Assembly (NCBI GenBank): GCA_965285935.1
Contig: OZ260661.1
Coordinates: forward strand, 98,146,001 to 98,210,000
Direction: 5' to 3'
DNA: 64,000 nt
DNA from: Ophelia neglecta
Taxonomy: Eukaryota
The notes beneath the pieces were generated by a model. That model was given only the letters and a program-made list of their open reading frames with translations. It ran no database searches and was not told where the DNA came from. This document shows, piece after piece, positions 31,439-43,848 of the stretch; within the stretch, counting starts at the first letter, position 1; each line of letters opens with the position of its first letter. Position numbers and translations under genes: made by a program.

Positions 31439-33065
31439 ATTTTAGAGCAGATAGGGCCTATACAACAGTCTGAAATAAGTTGTGAATTAATTAAATGTTT
31501 GGCCACTCGGAAATATATGTTAACTTAAGCCGTTTTTATATACATACCCGAATGACAACACACCTATATATGGCCCATAATATACTGTAGGCCTGTAGCC
31601 CTATACCACTCCCTTTCTAAGTACTGTCTCCATCTTCTTGAACTGAGGAGGCAGGCATGCCCCTCAGATCGAGCGCGGGCATCATGGGAAAAGTCAAAAC
31701 GTATAAATCATTGTATTTTTGGCCCTTAACTTGGACACGAAAAAACCTCGACTACGTCACGGATTTTACTTTGAATAACTAAATGTATTGATGAGCATAA
31801 TTTCTCGTGCAAACTAAATAGCTATGGTCAGAATTAATGCCAACTCGTAGAAAGAAAGTGCGCTCTGAACGGATTTTAAATTGATTGTTTAAATTAATAT
31901 TTGTTTTCAATTTGTCTTCTATAAGAGATAGGCTTAACCGACGTATTTTATTATAATGTTAGTCTTTTTCACTTTATTACAGATAAATTGTTATAAAATT
32001 CCTGTAAGATTTCGTCGGCCATTAATCCAGCAACGCGGATCTAGATGGGCGGAGGGGAAGGGGTCTTAGGCCTTCCTCCACTTCTGCCTTCCCGTTGCTC
32101 AACTTATTCCAGATTGCGCCTCACTTTATGTCTACCCAGGAGGGCGCGGTAATGGGTCTGAGGCAAGCCGAGGGAAGCCTCTTACCCCTCCCCCTCCCCG
32201 CATGGCAGGAGGAACTCCCCCACCCCCAACATGGTAGCGGAACCCCTTTCAACAGCCTTAGACCCACCAATGTATTCCGAGGCAGTTAGATTAACGACCA
32301 GGACATAATGCAGGGAGGATGATTATTTCAGACTGTCCGACTAGAAACGTCTTTCCTGAAGGTCCAGTTTGAAATACACACATCGTTACCCTTTCCAGAT
32401 GGTAGAGCATTGAAATACTCCATTTACTCTCATCAGCCTGCTCGATCAACGTCGGAAAACCTCATTTAGGAGTTAAAATAAATACTTGGCACTGCCTAGA
32501 AGTCTTAAACTGTCAACTGGGGGTGGCTGAGTCAGTACTCTGAGTAACTTAGCAGGTTATTTGCTGGCAAATTTGACTGCTCGGTTGTCAATGGTTTTTT
32601 TGGATTGGCTTTCCATGTGCCATAATAATTGAAACATCATTTTACAAGCTAAGGCCGGTAGTGGACTTATTGCTGGGGTGGCCTGTAAACAATCACCTCT
32701 ATACGAAAGTCATATATAAATATTTGTAACCCTAACCGTACTATAGATAATCATATATATTTAAATAGGACTTCTCTGAAAAAAAGTATTAGTCGTGTAA
32801 ATTTAAACGTTAGATATTATTAATAATTTATAGATAGTTGTATTAAGTTGCGTTTTGGTATAACCTCGGGAAAGAGAATTTACAGAAGCATGTTTTCTGT
32901 ATAGCAACATTATTTTATCAACTTTAAATTTAAAATAATTCTGGGTAACATATGCTTTACTTACAATAATAATGCAATCAAAACGAACACGAATGCGCAA
33001 GGTCTCAATATATTTAATGTTTCGATGAATCGATATAATAGTAAGTCTACATCAACAAATTTACA

Positions 33066-33071
33066 TTTATT
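33066..33071 (-). terminator. Candidate Emx polyadenylation signal
   Basis: AATAAA on the minus strand about 1.4 kb past the stop, at the end of an AU-rich tract; other tttatt matches exist closer to the stop. Confidence 0.3.
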
Positions 33072-33674
33072 CATAATCATATAAACAAAATACATAATCA
33101 CACTTAGTGTATTATTATACTAATGCACACTTGTGCATTCAAGAATGTACTGATATGATTTAAGGTATCATAATTACTTCAGAATATCTACACAGAGAGC
33201 AGAGAGAGGTCAACATTCTTAAAGAACCTTGATTTTTTATGATTTATACATAAAAAGATAAATTTGGCTTCAATTTAATGCTGTTTCCACAAAGAGAGAA
33301 AAAACTCACATTGGTCAAATTGTTTAAAGACATTTAGATTGAATACTGCCGGAAATTGTGTAAAATTATACGGTGATAGAACGTTTATTAATCGTCCTTT
33401 TTTTTTTATAAACGGTTCATGCACATTTACGTTCGTTCAATTGTCCTCTTTATTGTAGGTTTCTATTACAATATCGACTATTCCAATATTGTGTCTTTAC
33501 CAGAATAATGATATCGAGACTGGTCACTGTGACGATTATTTGCGTTTACGGCTAGGCCAATGTTGAAAAGTTATGGCACAATATGTCAAACTATTAAGTT
33601 AATTGCACACTTATAGATACCACAAAGTTCTGGATACATATTTTATATGGATCAAAAAGGCCGACTGAACACGA

Positions 33675-33841
33675 GGCACGGCGTAATAAGGTCAGACCAA
33701 ACAACCCATCATTCGTGACACGGCGTAATAAGGTCAGATCAACAACCAACCATTCGTGGCACGGCGTCATACGGTCAGACCAAACAACCCGCCATTCGTG
33801 CGACAGCGTAATAAGGTTTTACCAAACAACCCACCATTTGT
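33675..33841. repeat. Four-copy 41-42 bp tandem repeat downstream of the Emx stop
   Basis: ggcacggcgtaataaggtcagaccaaacaacccatcattcgt and three diverged copies. Confidence 0.92.
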
Positions 33842-34467
33842 TGAACAACTTCAGGTGGTGCTTGAATAACCATACTTGTCTCACATTATGATTTATACCA
33901 AATTGATAAGAATTAATTCTTCGATAACTCTGCCTATGTTAAAGAGGTATATCGGCATGAGGAGAAGAGCCAGGCTAGATGCTCGTATAATATCAGTCCA
34001 GTTTTGCCGTGCCTACGGGCCCTCTACATCTCCATCCTGTTTCCGTCCAAATTGGGGGATCTATATTTGTCCAAGAACCCGTTCCCACTTTTAAAAGAGG
34101 CCGTGGATAGGGTGTCCTGTGCCAGATCCTCATCTGGGAGGGGTCACCCACACCACTACCTCAAGGTGCTCCCCGAAAGGAACTAGTGGAAATAAATAAA
34201 AAGAGGTTGGAGTACCTGACCCCTGTTCCTACCCTTGTAATCCACTCCGGCGTGTCCTTCGAGTGGGCATGGTATGAGACAATTGCGTCTATATCTTTGT
34301 CCCAGACAGCATTAACGCACATCTCAATAAAATATCAGTTTGTTGCTCGCTGTATTCGATGTTTGTATATGCCACACCAACTGGTCTTTACAAGGACAGT
34401 CCTACCTCAAGTTGAGCCCCATTTCGTTGACTTCCCTACATACCCTAGGCCGTACGGTTGCGCGAGC

Positions 34468-34779
34468 TCAGACCTGGTTGGTCTCAACTCTCCACCTGTT
34501 GATGTGATGTGAGGTTTTGCTGCGGTGTTGGGCGGTGCCGGGGCTGCCTTCCGAGTGGCCGGTGCTGGAGGGCGGCCCGTGGAGGCTTTGCGAGTCGTCA
34601 TCACTTGAGTCGAGGATGAGGTCTTCCTCTGAGGCCGGAGACAGAGGGGAGGAGTGCCCTGTTTCTCCATGTTCCATTGTTTTACCAGACCCTCCTCCAT
34701 CTTGACTTCCGCCCTTCTCCTCGTCCTCAGCCTTCATTCGCTTGTACTTCGTCCTCCTATTCTGGAACCACACCTTCAC
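34468..34779 (-). CDS. Emx: Emx coding exon 3 (homeodomain helix 3 and C-terminus)
   Basis: ttattttt-cag acceptor, then VKVWFQNRRTKYKR...SHHINRWRVETNQV*; phase 0 joins exon 2. Confidence 0.95.
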   Translation of the reverse strand: MKVWFQNRRTKYKRMKAEDEEKGGSQDGGGSGKTMEHGETGHSSPLSPASEEDLILDSSDDDSQSLHGPPSSTGHSEGSPGTAQHRSKTSHHINRWRVETNQV

Positions 34780-37700
34780 CTGAAAAATAATAATACCACA
34801 TTAAATCAGTGCTTCTTTCAGGGATGATAATTATAGCAAAAACAAAACATAAAAAAAGAAACCTTTTAGACACTATGATCGTTCGTAAAACTATATGGTA
34901 GACATAATATAATCACTCCATATAATAAAATTCTTTTCGATGCGTTGTCCATATAGACTATAACAAATAAAACTCCAAAATGTTACTCAATTTTGAATTT
35001 ACCGGGCATTTCTTAATTGTCTACATTTCCCTAGAAGAGACTGGTGCTTCCTCGTGCACTTGCTGGCCACGAGCTGCATTGCCTGTGGCCAGAAATTAAC
35101 TCAGGCCGTGCAGTTGCTATGCTAACCAAGCCGGAGACACCTAGTTAATCAATCAATGCCAGTATCGGCGGTCTGTCCAGACTTTCCACCGGAGATCTGA
35201 ATGCTCATCATTATTACCGGGTACTGGACATAATTATTATATGATTCAGGTGAATTAATATGATTGGCGAGGTGCTGTTGAGGAGCGGTCGAAGCCAAAA
35301 GGGCGGCCAATAATATTGACTCGATAGTAATTAGTATTCATAAACTGGTCAAATAGCATAAGTCTCCCTCAGGCATATGATGGGGCCATGACATATATCT
35401 CTGTCTACAAACAGAACAGATATCATAATTTCATCAAATGTGAGGTGTGACTATAAAGGTTAATGAGTGTATGTACATCTATTGTTTGAGGGTAGGACAG
35501 TGCCTGGCCTATTACTGAAAGTGCGTCGGCCTATATGGAGAAAAGTTTAAACATGATCACACCGTTGTTAAGTTTAAAGTATTCTAGTAAGATTGCATGG
35601 CTTCAGAATCTTCTCAGGCGGGTGTAAAACTTGGCCCACCTCATTTTCTATCCCCTCTAAGTAGCCTCGATTTAAAACCCCTGATCTTATTTAGACTTAC
35701 ATTTAGAAAATAAGTATGCCTACACCTTGCCCCTGTCGACTGCAATGCGGTATCTGTTAGTAACGATGCCTGTTCTATCCAATCTAACTTTACATAATCA
35801 AGGCCTGATAATCGGAGTTCCTGCAGCCTCAAACGCTAGGCGGCCATTACTACAAATTACCGGTAATCTCTGTTAAACGGGCCTTAAATACATTCCGAAG
35901 AGGGCTGGGCGCGTGGAGGTGACGAGGTCATCAACATTTGCCTCTGTTGCCCATTCTTCATCGCTTGTTAATCCATTATTTACCCCTCGAGCGGGGTGAA
36001 AAACACCGGCGGGGAGACGTATCGCCTCACATGAGCAGAACCTCTCACACCCACAGCGCCCGATCTGAAATGGAAGGTCGAAGGTTATCGGTTCTTTAGC
36101 CGCGATTTGGATATAGAAATGATGCCCCCGGGCTCTGATTGCATGGAGAACCTCACTTGTTTGCTGGCTGTTGAGTTACACATGCCGCCGAAATGTCAGC
36201 TGGTTTTACTAACAGCTCGGCTAAGACAGGGCTTGCTACATTTCAGCTTTGAGAACTCAAATGGAAATCAACACCCGCAGAAATAAAACGTATAGGGCCC
36301 TATCAGAAACATTAGGCCTCCTGCACCGAACGAATGTATCGCTTTCCAATGGTAGAATACTTGCCGGGCGAAAAAAATGGCGCATTGGGGGTTGTGTCGT
36401 GGTGAGCAAATCAAAAGTCGATTCAATGCTTTTCCTCACCACGTAAATATATCTGTGGCTGGGAGAGGTTTTAAAACTTAACAGTATTTCATCCAATAGT
36501 TATTGCTGGGTAACGTAAATCTAAAGATCGTATTTTTTAGGAGACAAAATGCAGTTGGAAATTAAAATGCATACAACATGTGTTTCCTCTTATGCACATG
36601 TTATGTTGCCAATTGCTGTTTCCACCATGTACTTGTCGTAGATTTTTAATACAGGATGATTTTGTTGTTAAACACGATAGGCCTTCATCTAGATATATTA
36701 ATTCCAATGTTATTGATCACTTGGAAATAACTCAAGCTAGCCTAAATATACATATATGAAATATCGACGGTTGGTATATTATTCTTAATAGATATGAGTA
36801 ATATAGCAGGACCAGAGATAGTGAATAATAAATATCTTCGTCTAGAAACAATTCAGTGCAGAGGTCATTTGGAACCAGTACACGTCCTTATTGACATAAA
36901 GCACTGGTACTCTGGATGCTTTATGTCACGAGTTCATAGAAGATATATTTGAGCCATAATTCATAATTCTACATGCACAACCTGGTGACCAAACTGGGGT
37001 CAAGAATCAATGGCAGGTCAAGTTTTTGTGGCTGACATTCTACGAATTATTGACAAATGTTTATTTAATTCCCACATTAGAGGGGCAGATGTTAACTGAC
37101 AATGACAGAGTGACCTGTTGCTTACAAACATCTTTGATGTCACTTCCCGTCACCTTGAGTATAGGACACATCAGGCCAGACGTGAATTACTCAGGAATGC
37201 CAACTCATTCGTATTTTCACGTCAAAACCATGCTCAAGAACTGACACGATAAGATCATTGAATGTCGGTTCAATTGCTGTCAAGGAGACTCCAGTGTTAA
37301 TAAGAGACGTTCTTCATTAAGTGAGGAACTGAAGACTTCACAATAGCATTTAATGTTCTTATTGAATGCCTATAGCAGCATGACTGTGCCAGTAATTTCA
37401 GCTATTGGATGGTCATATGAGTATATTGATCGCCTGTGTTTTGGCGGGAGCAGCCTGCCCGCGAGTTTCCGAGAGATTCTATTGTTGCTAGCGTCCTTCC
37501 AGCCTGTCGTCTGTATTGACCCTCGCCTACAGCCTCTCCTAAAATGTGTAATTTCTGATGAGTCCATTCACTCTGCTACAATCAATATGAAATAAAGTTT
37601 AGCTTTCCCCGATAATCTAGGAGGAAATTATTAAATTATGCCTTCATTAAGCGCCTAAATGGAAAGCCTCGCCCGCTGCAATCACGTAAAATAAACTGCA

Positions 37701-39704
37701 ATATCGTTTCTAAACAAACCGACCACAATTATGAAAAATTAATCTTAAGAGGGTAAATACAATTTGGGTGTAATGCTCCCAAAACGCGGCAGATAATTTC
37801 CTCTATGAGGAAAAGGAAACAGTGCGAACGTGTGGTAGTTGGGTCTGCGAGGCGAGTTCAAAGCTAAGGACCTGACAACTACGATCAAACACGCGGGCTC
37901 CCAGAGAAATTACGGGAAATGTATTGCTTGTCTCGTCTGCTTCTGACAAGTTTGAGGCCGAGACCGCCATTTAATCAATATATTTGGTGAATAGAAGAGT
38001 TCAGCCATTGTGTCCCTGTTTTGTGTTATTTGGAATGTTTGTTTATGCATCTATAGTAATTATCTCGTTAATTATGCTCAACTTCAAATAATTGTAGAAT
38101 CTGCACAGAAAAACTTGCTCATTGGCGTAAGCCTGTTTACGTTTCACGCAGGCGTGTAGGAAGGTAGAACAATACAGGCACTCATCATTGTGAACTTCTT
38201 TTTATTGGAAAGAAAAGAAATCAGTTGACAAACATCATTAATGATTACAACTATTGACTAACACCCGAAGCGTCTGGAAGAAAAAGGCTGTCGTCTGGTT
38301 TTACACACCTGAGAAACACGAGATATTTATTGTCATATTGGCTTGCAGATTTTCAGACTGGATAGAATAGCACACTTCAGTTTTAAGATAATTATTATTG
38401 CCTTTTTCATATTGAGGCAGATGCTGTTTTGAGGCCATTCACATAAGTGTAGTTTTTTACGTGTTCTAACAAAACAGCAGCCGGGGAAATCTAAACAGCA
38501 ATCAGTGTTGAAATGAACTTATTACCAAGACGGTGTATTTTCTGAAACATGAGCGGAAGATTGCCTCGGGATGGGCGCAGACGAATTGTGGGTAATGAAA
38601 ATGGCGGCCACCCTATCATTAGCGTCACAATCAATTGATGGTGTCACAGCTAGTGATTATGGCGTGATTATCAGTCGTCTGGACCTCTATTTACACTTGC
38701 CAAGCGTCTCTGCTGGGAGGTCACGGTGTGTTGTATCATACTAATTAGTTCTTTGTCATGGTATAGGGCCGGGGGTTTCTCTCCTGACCCCGGGTCAGCC
38801 CCACCAGGGTAGGCTGATATTTCACCTAATCACTATCTCTGCGCTTCAATCACCGCCAAACAGCTGCCAAACACCCAACTTACCGCCAAACAGGTGATTT
38901 GAACATCACTTCTCGAAACTTGTTTAACAAATTTGATACTTTTTGCACAATCAACCCTAATTTCAATCTACCTTTTGCCGCCTTCGGCTATTTGCGAGTT
39001 TTTCGCCAGGGTCATTATTAGACAGCTAACTGTGGCACAATACATCCCAGAGATGTTTGATCATTGCAACCAACTTATGAGGCTATGCTTTTGAATAACA
39101 GCGTTTTTTTTAAGTAGACAGAATTGAGCTTGTGATAACCTGTGTCTGTACCACTGGGACTGTTTGGAATTCAGGGACACAACAGTATCGCAGCTCCTGG
39201 ATTGTTAAAAATCAATATGGAACTGTTTTCATGCCTTTATTGCTTGCTGATCAATGGATCTATGATCGATCGCCAAGAAAATAAATAATGACATTAAGGC
39301 TAACAGGAAGTAATTTAGACAGTTTTGTGAGTGAGCTCACAAATTTGTGGTTCGAAACAGTAGAATTTCGTGACTGTCTATGAAAATCAGCGTGCGAATT
39401 GCAAATTGGTTTAACATGATTTTCTCGGGTGGGGACAAGACAAAAAGATCACCAGCTAAGTGGCACATAGTAATTTGCACGGACTATTGACAGAATTAAA
39501 TGAGGTTTTAGTAGAAAAGCACTGGTTAAATACTCTTTTTTTGGTGACATGCATGAGAACTGACGCCTTTGAACACTCATTTCTTAGGTATAAAAAATCC
39601 ATTTAACTAAACTTTGTCACTGTAAAATCCATCGCGATTTTAAGCATAGTAATCATGCTCAAGGTTAAAATAAATACATTATTCTCGAATGGGTTTACTA
39701 ACTG

Positions 39705-40380
39705 ATATATATATGTTTATTTGGCCTCCGCTTTCCGGAGAGTACAATCAAAAAGAACAAATAAAGGTGATATAAAGATAATACAGGTTAAACAAATAGG
39801 GGGGAAATGATATTACTGTCAATATACACATCTAGCCTGTACAGCTCTATATGCTATGCTACGAGCTTTGACTTAACAGCGTGGCATGGTATCTGTATGT
39901 TATTAAATCATTGTGTTGATGTAAGTGAATTAACCAGTGCAGTGGACACGCCGCCGATACATCTCCTGTAACAAGTTGAGTACGTTTGGTCTGTCCTCAG
40001 CTGCATAACTCTCAGCGCGGAGAATACGTACACATGGGTCATGCTCTCCTCTCTCCGGTCGAATATAGCCAAAGATCGCGTTCCTTTCTAGGACTAGGTT
40101 TTGGCATCGCAGCAAGAAGTGTTGGAGATCATCCGCTTCTGATAAACACAGAGGGCACTGGGATTTATTTGGTCTCACGAATTTCCCATAGTGTTTATAG
40201 AGGGCTGATGTCTTCGACACAAGTTTGAGTAGAATCTGTACACCTCTCATGGACTTCTGATATACTGCTAAATTATTGGGATTATGACATGTGATAGGTC
40301 TATTTGATTTAAAATGGCCCCGTGCAATATTCGGGTTGAGAGGTTTATTATCATATAAATTATTCTCTCTAATTATCCAC
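39705..40380 (-). mobile_element. 5'-truncated LINE fragment in Emx intron 2
   Basis: ORF 39930-40388 contains CPLC...DDLQHFLLRC (ORF2 C-terminal CCHC); AATAAA at 39721-39716 followed by a (TA)n tail; possible TSD CTGAT at 39702-39706 and 40381-40385. Confidence 0.75.
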
Positions 40381-43300
40381 CTGATCAAGACCAGATTATC
40401 TGACAGATGCAGTCAATACAATACAATGATTATGGTTTCATGTGCCTTTCACCGCCGACAGTGTACACATCACATTTTCAATTTCCTGCCCGACTTTAAT
40501 GGACGTTCACACTAAATATTAGTGTTTACTTGGTCAATATCGTCAATATCATCGGTGAGAGCTGTGAATGTGGTTATTTGGACACCTTTGATAATACTCT
40601 CCGCCCTTAACAAAGGAGGGACCATGCTGAACATCATCATGATACCATTGAATGAAAGTTTAGAGGTAGATGGGAGGCGGTCCTTGTAAAACAAATGCGA
40701 ATGTGTAAGACATCCGTTGCAAAACGACATATTCCCCCTTAAAATGGAGCTTATAGTCCATGGGACAACAGGTCGGTTTCCAAGGTAACGTTGTTTAAAC
40801 TGGAGTCTTTTTTGGGCCAAAACGAGTAAATGAGACATAAACATCAAACATTCGCTGCTACATGAGATTTATATCACCCAGATTGAAAAGGCTTGCCTGC
40901 AACTAGATTTACAGTCTCTGCCTGTTTTAATGATAATCATATATTTGAAAAACTACCTATTTTCATTTTCTTTGCATGTATGCCTATTTAAATAGAAATA
41001 CTAAGTATACCATTTGCACCCATGGAAACTTAAAAGACGCGTTTTAATAATTATGTGGATTGTATCCTGGGTCTGTGTTAGTAGAAACAATTTTTGTCTC
41101 TAGACATTCTCAGTTCATCTATCATACACCTACCTTGTCAATCTCAGCAAATACCACATGTCGATTTTAATAAGCATTCTGTGTGACACTATAGCTGTAT
41201 ATTTATTCGTAGCTCTACACAAATCAGAATCTACCGATGTTGACTTTCAGATTCAGAGCAGAAATGTGCCCGAGGCGCTAGCCATGTCTGAAGTTAAATA
41301 GCAGGTACCCCACCTTGGGTGATAATGATATTAGCAATATAGCCATCTATCGTCGGCCTGTCTAAGGAAGTCGTCTGCTCCCAGGGGGAGTGTCGTCGAC
41401 TCGCCCGTTGACTCCGGGCTTTGTCGTCTTTGCCGCGGGGCACAATCCGATACGTTGAGCACGGCCAATCTAGCGACTTTGAGACGTTTTATATCCCGAT
41501 TCTAATAGCTACCACAAGCATGTAGTGTTTGGAGACAAGTCTCGTCTTCCAGATAGCAGACCATCTTTCACCAGAGCTGGCACTAAAGATGACATTATTC
41601 ACTGGAGGCGATGTATTCTCATACAAACTTGTGTAGCAAATGAATATCGGTTCTGGCATATCTGAAATGTTTATTTGTAAGAAACCGCGGGTCGGCACAT
41701 GGGCTGATATTTAATATGCAAGAAATGTAATTAACTCGGAGTTAACTTCAAACTTTTTAGCTTATTTGCTTACATATTACTGTGAATGGGGTCGATGATC
41801 AATTAATTTTAAAACATTTCCTGACACACTGTTACAACGACTTCACTATGCACAACAAAAAATCGCCCGCAGCACTCGGTTGAGTTTGTCAAATCAAATT
41901 TACTCTAAAATTCCCGTGACCAATACAGATGCATAGTTAGATAATTGAATTTATACGTGCTTCAGGACAGCTACATCCAGCGTCTCTATTGAAATGTACC
42001 GACAACTGTTCTGAAAAGGTATTGTACACGCCGACAATGTTACTAAGAATCCACTTAGCATGCCTAAACGGCATCCAACAAGCCCCCTAATTGTATATTT
42101 TAAAGCTATCTAGATTCCGATGATAACTAAGGTTCATGTATCATTTACTGAACGTTTGTTTTATAAACCCGCCCGGGACTATTTTGATTAAAATCAGAAA
42201 ATTTAAAGGAGAACTTCTGGTATATTTATGATAATGTCACCAACGTATTCCTGTAGTTACGGGGATGTTTATGAGTGCTGATGATAGAAAGGTTGATAAG
42301 TATCATATATAGACATACTTTGTGCACATTATATTTGTGCTTAACCAATAAAACTATGATTTATAAACAAAGCTCCGCTGGTGGTCTCAGAAGAATTCGC
42401 TAACTAGCTTGCAATTTGTAGATAATTGGCAACCGAATTGAGGCAACACATTTCCATCTAAACTACTAGGTGAAAGGGGAAAAAACTGAATAAACATGGC
42501 AGAATGACAATGGGGAAAACGTCAGATGACCAAGTTAATGGGTTGTTTATAGAGTTCTGAATATCATTTTGCATGACAGCGTTTGCGATTCAAACAGCTC
42601 TCTTCATCGGCGGATTTAGGAGTAACAATGGTATCAGGACGTACCCCCCCCCCCCCCCCCTACTTTTACCAGTTGCCCCAGATAAGTAGTGAGCTCGAAG
42701 GTCTTCAGGTGTGGGAGGTCCTGAGGGATATCTGGCCGTTCAGCCCCCAGGCTCCTCATCGGATTGAACACCCAGCACAACCCCTCAAAATGAATGCTCC
42801 AGATCCGGCACTGGTCATTCTCTGATAATAGTGTGTAGCCGGTATCGAAGCTGTCAAGACTGATATTCTGCCTTTCCGGGGAGCTATATGATTAAGGGTA
42901 TTGGTCATGACCAATGCCGTGATCTCTTCTCTATGGTGATATTTTGACAAGTCGGGTTGTAAATGATCCATAATTACAACCAACGCATTGGATTTTCAAA
43001 CACATTTGAAAGTGGGTTAGCGCCAGTCCGCCATAAAAGGCGCGCATTATATATTTCATGCTTTCAAATGCTTTAAGTAGGCCTACACATTCTTAAAACT
43101 ATGCCAAAGGTTTTCGCATCATAATGTCAATCTAACGTTATTTATCAATCTTTAAATCCTAAATATAGGCCTACACCAACATCAAAATGATGCATATTTC
43201 ATCATACTTCATAGTCACAATAGTAGACTAGGTTACTCTGTACGTTTTTAATAATAAGCATGCAGGTTTATTTGTCTGTTTATATTACATGAACGCTAGG

Positions 43301-43678
43301 CCTCTTCCGTGATTTTACACTTTATTGTTTAGTTACATCTTGGACTTGTAGCCAATAGCAATTTATAATGAATAAAAAGCAAGGCGTAGCCGATGTTTTT
43401 GGGATTTCGAGTGATTCCGAGTGACTCAAAAGAACGAACTGTGATCGTATATACAGCCATTATGAATTCAACGTTTTTTGAGAAGACAGAGTGTTGTCGA
43501 AATTAGTAAAGGTTATAATGATTCAATATAAACGCCCCCGCCTTTTTTTTCTCTTTGTTCACACCGCATTGACGCACAGATATTTCGTATATGTATTGAT
43601 ATTGATACATCTATGTGAGTAATTTATTGGTACATGGTACCTTTAGTCTTACATAAACAAGCTTGGAATGTAAGGTAC

Positions 43679-43848
43679 CTGAGTTTCGGTGAGACTGAGA
43701 TTGACCGCCAGGTCCTTCCTCTCCTGACCCACCACGTAGTGGTTCTTCTCGAAGGCGTGTTCCAGCCTCAACAGCTGTGAGGGGGAGAAGGCCGTCCGTA
43801 TTCTCTTTGGTTTTCTGAATGGCTGCAACAACAAACTCGCATCGGGAC
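43679..43848 (-). CDS. Emx: Emx coding exon 2 (homeodomain helices 1-2)
   Basis: AG/GT-bounded 170 nt: [57 protein letters not shown], diagnostic of Emx/empty spiracles. Confidence 0.97.

Noticed and set aside
31786-31822. ttgatgagca...tgcaaaac, hammerhead-like core
   Set aside because: Both conserved boxes are mutated (TTGATGA, AAAAC) and there are no flanking stems.
33675-33841. Tandem repeats here and at 2975-3672 as CRISPR arrays
   Set aside because: Head-to-tail repeats without unique spacers, no cas genes, eukaryotic context.
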